Positions 26,728 to 32,000 of a stretch of 32,000 bases of DNA are shown here, piece by piece. The stretch's first letter is position 1; each line of letters starts with the position of its first letter. Under the pieces are notes generated by a model, which worked only from the letters and a program-made list of their open reading frames with translations, did no database searches and was not told where the DNA came from. Position numbers and translations under genes: made by a program. Origin of the DNA: Candidatus Jordarchaeales archaeon (lineage in GTDB: Archaea; Asgardarchaeota; Jordiarchaeia; Jordiarchaeales; Freyrarchaeaceae); contig JAWAHN010000002.1 in the NCBI GenBank assembly GCA_038889235.1, positions 134,356 through 166,355 of the forward strand. The letters run 5' to 3'.

Positions 26728-27449
26728 CCTTTCTTTTTGATCAATAAAGCTATTGGGAGACTGGCTTTCTTCCACTCAGCATATTTTCCCTCGTACTCGA
26801 TAGGTGGCATTGTTCTGCCATGCGTTCCCACTATGGTTATCAGAGTGTCTGGTTGTGCTTGCCTGTAAAGCACCTTCACCCAGCTGTCTGTTCTAGTAAT
26901 AAGTTTTTGAGCGGTTTCCTTAGGAGGTTGAAAGCTGTACTGCCTGTAAAGTTCTTCAAAGTCTAGGAAGTGAACCCAAATAAAGTCGGCTCTGTTAAGA
27001 ACTTTAACAGTTTCCACATAGCTCTTATTGTCGGAATCACTAACCTTAACCTCCCCCTTACCACCTATCGCCGTGATGTCTTCTTTTCTGTCAATTATCA
27101 CAGTTCGCTTTCCAAGTGACGACAAATAGGTGAACATGTTAAAGTCAGAGCTTCCTCCACAAACCAGTTCCTTAAGGACGTGGGGGGTGTGCGGGTTTTT
27201 TGTTTCAAGAGTTATGACGGCCTCGGACATGCCTATTATAAAGCGCGGCTTATAATACGTGCATTCTAGCAGGCCGAAGTGGTCTATAACTATCACTACG
27301 ATGCGCTTCGAAACGAACTTCTCTGGCAGGTTAACTTTCGGTGGGATGTTCTTAGGGGGCTCTATACTCATAACACTCAAGAAAGTTGAAGCCATCTGAC
27401 TTACCAAGCCCTGAAAAGTCAGTAGTTCGCACATGCGCAAATCCACCAT
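26724..27449 (-). CDS. Hypothetical protein with degenerate alkaline-phosphatase-superfamily core
   Basis: IVVIVIDHFG, ADFIWVHFLDFE and DTLITIVGTHG echo the VxIxIDGxG, DFxFVHxxDxDxxGH and DTLxxxTxDHG motifs. Confidence 0.55.
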   Translation of the reverse strand: MVDLRMCELLTFQGLVSQMASTFLSVMSIEPPKNIPPKVNLPEKFVSKRIVVIVIDHFGLLECTYYKPRFIIGMSEAVITLETKNPHTPHVLKELVCGGSSDFNMFTYLSSLGKRTVIIDRKEDITAIGGKGEVKVSDSDNKSYVETVKVLNRADFIWVHFLDFEELYRQYSFQPPKETAQKLITRTDSWVKVLYRQAQPDTLITIVGTHGRTMPPIEYEGKYAEWKKASLPIALLIKKKG

Positions 27450-27664
27450 CGAAAGCAGTCCTATTTAGATTACGATAAACTCCCTTATTTTAGCATTATT
27501 GAAAAAAGAGTGCCACAACATGTTTTCCCGCGCTTCCACTTACAACTTACACTTGAACTCGTTCCTATGTCTCCATCAAACCCGCTCCCTTTAAGCCAGA
27601 AATATTTAAAGAGCCTAACCCCCACCATTAGGGTTAAGCTAAGAATGAGATGGCGGTGTAAACT

Positions 27665-28618
27665 TTGCCCCTAACCGACCTTTTAGAAGAACGTAGAGTT
27701 TCCTTCCTGTTATTCGGAGGAAAAGGTGGCGTAGGAAAAACCACGTGCTCTGCGGCTTCAGCTCTCTGGGCAGCTGAACACGGTAAGGAAACCATTATAA
27801 TAAGCACCGATCCCGCTCACAGTTTGAGTGATAGCTTCGACCAGCAACTAGGGGGAGGAGAAGTAAAGAAAGTGGAGGGTTGCAGCGGCCTCTATGCACT
27901 AGAACTTGACCCTAGGAAAGCCTTTGAAGAATACAAAAGAAAGCTTTCGGAGGCAGAGGGATTTGAGGAGCAAGCCCAAGCTGTTCTCCAGGAACTAGGT
28001 GACCTCTCTAGTATGACTCCCCCCGGTGTGGACGAAGCCCTAGCCTTTGCAAAAGTGCTCGAGTTCATTGAAAACCCGGAATACGACTTAGTGGTTTTCG
28101 ACACCGCCCCAACAGGACACACTCTGCGCCTGTTAAGCTTACCCGATATACTAAACAGCTGGGTTGTGAACCTCATAAAGATAAGGGTTTACATGAGCAA
28201 GCTGACCGGCCTCCTAAAACGGCTTATAGGGCGTGGAGGCGAGGAAGATAAGACGCTAGAAGTTCTAGAAAAGTTGAGAGAGACCATAGGCGTTGCCAGA
28301 GAAACCCTTAAAGATCCCAATCAAACGGCATTTGTTGTAGTGATGATACCTGAAGTCATGGCAATCTACGAAACTGAGCGCCTTCTCTCGTCACTAATAG
28401 AGTACGAAATTCCATGTGACCACATAGTTGTCAACATGATCTACCCAGATGTACCCGGCTGTCCCTTCTGCCGCGCGAGGAGACAGATGCAACAGGAAAA
28501 CCTAAAAAACATAAGGGAAATATACGACGACTTCAACATAACAGAAATCCCGCTTTTCGACACAGAGATAAGAGGGTTAAACATGCTCAGAAAGGTCTCA
28601 GAGCTACTCTTCACTTGA
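27665..28618 (+). CDS. ArsA/Get3 (TRC40)-family ATPase, single domain, Get3-like
   Basis: GGKGGVGKTT, STDPAHSLSD, PPGVDEA, FDTAPTGHTLRLL, IPE.MAIYETERL, C-terminal CPFCRARR..Q. Confidence 0.9.
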   Translation: MPLTDLLEERRVSFLLFGGKGGVGKTTCSAASALWAAEHGKETIIISTDPAHSLSDSFDQQLGGGEVKKVEGCSGLYALELDPRKAFEEYKRKLSEAEGFEEQAQAVLQELGDLSSMTPPGVDEALAFAKVLEFIENPEYDLVVFDTAPTGHTLRLLSLPDILNSWVVNLIKIRVYMSKLTGLLKRLIGRGGEEDKTLEVLEKLRETIGVARETLKDPNQTAFVVVMIPEVMAIYETERLLSSLIEYEIPCDHIVVNMIYPDVPGCPFCRARRQMQQENLKNIREIYDDFNITEIPLFDTEIRGLNMLRKVSELLFT

Positions 28619-28620
28619 AA

Positions 28621-29739
28621 TTACAGCAGCCTAGCGACAAACTCGGAAATGTCGCAGACCACTATCCTGTTCTCCGACAAGCTTTCGAGCTGGCTCTTAC
28701 AGAAAGGACATGCTGTAACTAAAACCTCCGCTCCAGTAGCTACAGCTTCCTTAACCCTTTCTGTGCCTATTTTGCGAGAAAGTTCTGGAAAGTTCACGTA
28801 GAGAACTCCGCCACGACCGCAACACTTTGCGTTTTTCCTGTTCCACTCCATTTCCAAAAGGCGGACTCCCGGAATACTGCTTAAAACACTTCTAGGCTCT
28901 TCATAAACGTGCATTCTTCTCCCAAGGTGGCATGGATCGTGATACGTTACGCTAACACTCTTCCCCAGGTCTTTTAACTCAATTTTCCCCTCACTAATAG
29001 CCCCCCACAAATACTGGCTTAAGTGTAAAACTTCGACGTTAAGTGGGAACCCAAGTTTTGGATACTCGCGGGAAAGTGCCATATAACAGCCAGCACAAGA
29101 GGTGACAACGACTTCGCAACCACTTTTCTCCACCTCTCTCCTGTTATGATCAGCGTGCTCCATGGCTAGCTTCTTATGTCCCGCTGAGAGGAGCGGTACT
29201 CCACAACACCACTCGTCCCCAATCAACTTGAAACCACCCTCAACTAGCTCAAGTATCTTCGTCGTAGCTCTCGCTATCTCCGGCTGCCTATACGCGGCCG
29301 TGCAGCCTACAAAGTAAGCCACTCTCCCCTTACCACTCTTTTTTCCACTTAGCACGTTGAACCTTTTTGCATGTGCCTCTCCATAAGGGTTCTTTTCACT
29401 CTCCACCTTCCTACTAAGTTCAATAGTTGCCTCAGGGGCGGCGCCCTCCTCGAAGATCCTTGCTCTCACTTCTTTAACTATTTCTGGAACGTCAATGCTA
29501 GGCAAGCACCATTCCTTGCAAAGCCCACAAGTGGCGCACTGGTACATGATGTCCACCACTCTACCTTTAAGCTCAACTTTTCCGTTGCGCAGGTAGTATG
29601 CTGTAAAGGATTTCCCGTACGGAGCCACACTTTCAAGCTTAAGCTGGTTCGCTACGATGCAAACAAAACGACACATTTTCATGCATTCCACTCCGCACAT
29701 AACCACAGGATCTGCGCTCACCAAGACAAACCCTCCCAA
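28621..29739 (-). CDS. (Fe-S)-binding oxidoreductase subunit, GlpC/HdrD-like (CCG domains)
   Basis: C..C.KMCRFVC, CATCGLCKEWC, YFVGC, WCCG.P, SCAGC, YHDPCHLGR, CCG.GG, TACPFC. Confidence 0.88.
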   Translation of the reverse strand: MGGFVLVSADPVVMCGVECMKMCRFVCIVANQLKLESVAPYGKSFTAYYLRNGKVELKGRVVDIMYQCATCGLCKEWCLPSIDVPEIVKEVRARIFEEGAAPEATIELSRKVESEKNPYGEAHAKRFNVLSGKKSGKGRVAYFVGCTAAYRQPEIARATTKILELVEGGFKLIGDEWCCGVPLLSAGHKKLAMEHADHNRREVEKSGCEVVVTSCAGCYMALSREYPKLGFPLNVEVLHLSQYLWGAISEGKIELKDLGKSVSVTYHDPCHLGRRMHVYEEPRSVLSSIPGVRLLEMEWNRKNAKCCGRGGVLYVNFPELSRKIGTERVKEAVATGAEVLVTACPFCKSQLESLSENRIVVCDISEFVARLL

Positions 29740-29745
29740 GCTTTC

Positions 29746-31185
29746 CTAAAATCCAAGCTTTCCCGGGTTCATTATGTTGTTCGGGTCTAACGCTTTCTTT
29801 ATTGTTTTCAACACCTCAAATGCCTCCCCATGCTCCCTATGCATCCACCCAGCCCTAACAACACCAATACCGTGATGGTGGCTTATGGTTCCACCAACTC
29901 TCAGGCAGGCTTCAAGTGCATCTCTCCATACCGCGCTGTACACTTCCACTGCTTTTTCGTGGCTTTGTTGCTGCGTGAAGAAGATCATGTATATTGAGCC
30001 ACCGTCCTCGTAGAAGTGGGAGAAGTGTGCCATCATGGTTACTCCCGGATTTTTGGTCTCAACGGTCTTCTTAATCTCCCAGTAGAGTTCTTCGAGCTTA
30101 TCGTAGGTCGCCGCGACGTCAACCGTGTCCGCTATTATATTGTATGACGACCTCAAGGGGTCAGGGTAGTACATGTCATATCTATGGTTCCACCAGTACT
30201 CTGCAAGCTCCTTATCAACCTCCACACCACCCTCATTAAGACAAATTTCCGTGGCGATTCTCTCCTCTAACTCTACAATCTCCTTTAAGCCGTCAAATCC
30301 CAGTATCAAGTATGATCCACCTTCAGGTATCTTTGCCCTCCCTTTAAGCGTAAACTGCGCGTCTAGGTAGTCGTAGAGGCGCACCACGCAGGGCTTTATT
30401 CCCTTACGGAAGATTTTGATGACCGATTCTATTCCAGAGTGGAGATCCTTGAATATGAAAGCTTTAAACCTCCTCTCCTCTGGGAGAGGTTTTATCTTCA
30501 ACGTCACCTCCGTTATTATTCCAAGCGTTCCCTCAGAGCCTATAAAGAGTTGCTTCAAATCCGGCCCCGTGGACGAGCGAGGTACTGGTTTCATCCTTAA
30601 AATCTCACCCGTCGGTGTAACCACTTCGAGCCCAACAACCATGTCTTCAATTTTCCCATACTTCGACGAAAGTGACCCTGCAGAGCGACAGGCTACAAAG
30701 CCCCCTACCGTTGAGCAGTACATTGATGCGGGGTAATGGGGGAGAGTGTAACCCATTTTATTTAGCTCTCTCTCTAAAACCTCTCCAAAGATTCCCGGCT
30801 GCACGGTTACAAGTAACGACTTGTGATCTACGTTGAGTATCTTGTTCATCTTCTTTAGGTCTACTATTATGCCACCGTTTACCGGAATTGTTCCACCACA
30901 GACACCAGCTCCTCCTCCGAAGGGTATCAAGGGGATCTTGAATCTATTAGCCAGCTTAACGATTTCCGAGACTTGCTTAGTGTTTTCAGGATGCACTATA
31001 AAATCTGGCTTCGGCAGCTCACCTCCACCTTTAATCCAAGGCACAAGTAACTGCCAAGTGTCACGTGAATAACACAGCGCATCGACCTCGTTGAAGTGAA
31101 CATTCTCTTTACCCACTATGCCGACCAGCTCTTCGTATATAATCTTCTTCTGTAACAGATCTCTTTTCCACGTGTTCAAACACAA
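29746..31185 (-). CDS. FAD-binding oxidoreductase of the VAO/GlcD fold, alkyl-DHAP-synthase-like subgroup
   Basis: P..IVHP, PFGGGAGVCGG, STVGGFVA.RSAG..S.KYG.IEDMV, GSEGTLGIITE, ISHHHGIG, DP.NIMNPGK. Confidence 0.88.
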   Translation of the reverse strand: MCLNTWKRDLLQKKIIYEELVGIVGKENVHFNEVDALCYSRDTWQLLVPWIKGGGELPKPDFIVHPENTKQVSEIVKLANRFKIPLIPFGGGAGVCGGTIPVNGGIIVDLKKMNKILNVDHKSLLVTVQPGIFGEVLERELNKMGYTLPHYPASMYCSTVGGFVACRSAGSLSSKYGKIEDMVVGLEVVTPTGEILRMKPVPRSSTGPDLKQLFIGSEGTLGIITEVTLKIKPLPEERRFKAFIFKDLHSGIESVIKIFRKGIKPCVVRLYDYLDAQFTLKGRAKIPEGGSYLILGFDGLKEIVELEERIATEICLNEGGVEVDKELAEYWWNHRYDMYYPDPLRSSYNIIADTVDVAATYDKLEELYWEIKKTVETKNPGVTMMAHFSHFYEDGGSIYMIFFTQQQSHEKAVEVYSAVWRDALEACLRVGGTISHHHGIGVVRAGWMHREHGEAFEVLKTIKKALDPNNIMNPGKLGF

Positions 31186-31191
31186 ACCCCC

Positions 31192-32000
31192 TCACTCCGA
31201 GTATATCCTCTTAGCCAGGAAAACTACGAAGTCGTCAACCGTCACGTTAATTCGTTTACGTGTAACACCCTCTGAAATGTTAATAGTGCAGAGGGGACAT
31301 GGCGTCACCAGGGATCCGATGTCAGACCTGGAAACCGCGTCAAGCCTCTTACTTCTTATCAGCGCGGAAACCGTCGGGTTATAGAACCTGAGCAAGCCAC
31401 CCGCTCCACAGCATTCACCGTCATCTTGTAGGATGACGTACTCAACATTTGGCAACGCCTCCAGTATTCTTTCAGCATAATCAATGGTGTATCTTCCAAC
31501 GTGCCTACCTAGGTGGCAGGATTGATGTAGCGCAACTTTAATTTTGTCGCCATTACGCGCCTTCTTACTTATCGCGTCAACACCAACCTCCTCAAACAGA
31601 AACTCGACTAAGTGTCTCACGCGGATGTCGTAGCCAAGCCGCTTAGCTGCCAACTTGAGCTCCGAAGTACACCCAGCACAAGTGGCGACAACCTCTCTCA
31701 CACCTATTTCCTCCATCTTCCCAAAAAAGTCCTGTTGCAGCTTGTCAGCCATCGCGACGTCCCCTGCAAGTCTCACCGGGAGGCCACAGCACTTCCAACC
31801 CTCTGGAATTCCGTAATATACTTCGAATGCCTCTAAGACGAGTTTTCCAGCCTCCTTAACCTCCAACAATTTAGCTTCAGCCTGGCACCCTGGAAAATAG
31901 GCTACCTGTCCCTCTTCCCTAAGAGGGACATCGCCTCTTAACGGTAACCCCAAAGCTTTAAGCCTCCACTCGACTCTCTCCTTCCTCTCCTCAGGGCTCA
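31192..32000 (-). CDS. (Fe-S)-binding CCG-domain protein, 5' part outside the window
   Basis: Frame stays open to the window edge (SPEERKERVEWRLKALGLP...); YFPGC, CCGLP, TCAGC, HQSCHL, CCGAGG, PCPLC. Confidence 0.85.
   Translation of the reverse strand, partial: SPEERKERVEWRLKALGLPLRGDVPLREEGQVAYFPGCQAEAKLLEVKEAGKLVLEAFEVYYGIPEGWKCCGLPVRLAGDVAMADKLQQDFFGKMEEIGVREVVATCAGCTSELKLAAKRLGYDIRVRHLVEFLFEEVGVDAISKKARNGDKIKVALHQSCHLGRHVGRYTIDYAERILEALPNVEYVILQDDGECCGAGGLLRFYNPTVSALIRSKRLDAVSRSDIGSLVTPCPLCTINISEGVTRKRINVTVDDFVVFLAKRIYSE

Noticed and set aside
21544-28618. Arsenic-resistance island (ArsR plus ArsA)
   Set aside because: The genes are about 6 kb apart, there is no arsB/acr3/arsC/arsD, and the ATPase looks Get3-like.
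1-32000. CRISPR arrays, transposases, integrases, rRNA
   Set aside because: No regularly spaced repeats or diagnostic motifs seen by eye.

Overview
A gene-dense 32-kb archaeal chromosomal segment. L13e, archaeal MetK, SRP19, Gar1, NurA/HerA, Rio2, Sm and a multi-intron tRNA fit a TACK- or Asgard-type archaeon, but the lineage cannot be fixed from this window. It carries hydrogenase-maturation (hypE, hypA), translation and RNA-processing, leuC/leuD/leuB-family, metK, thiC, ABC-exporter, GH35 glycosidase, Get3-like ATPase and flavin/Fe-S oxidoreductase genes. Main finding: the leuD-family gene is interrupted by a 29-nt insertion (11535-11563) that folds into a strict archaeal bulge-helix-bulge (BHB) splicing motif. 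Cutting at the standard BHB positions removes an in-frame UAG and restores the conserved IIPGKY motif, so this is a candidate tRNA-type intron in a metabolic mRNA. About 2.4 kb away, tRNA-Gly(UCC) carries two BHB introns at non-canonical positions (29/30, 53/54) and an unusual C33. Also notable: a sharp mirror-image strand-composition switch at this tRNA (possible replication origin), a hypE whose conserved N-terminus lacks an ATG/GTG/TTG start (ACG candidate), and an L13e-HhH fusion. All folds and counts were done by hand; no searches were run.
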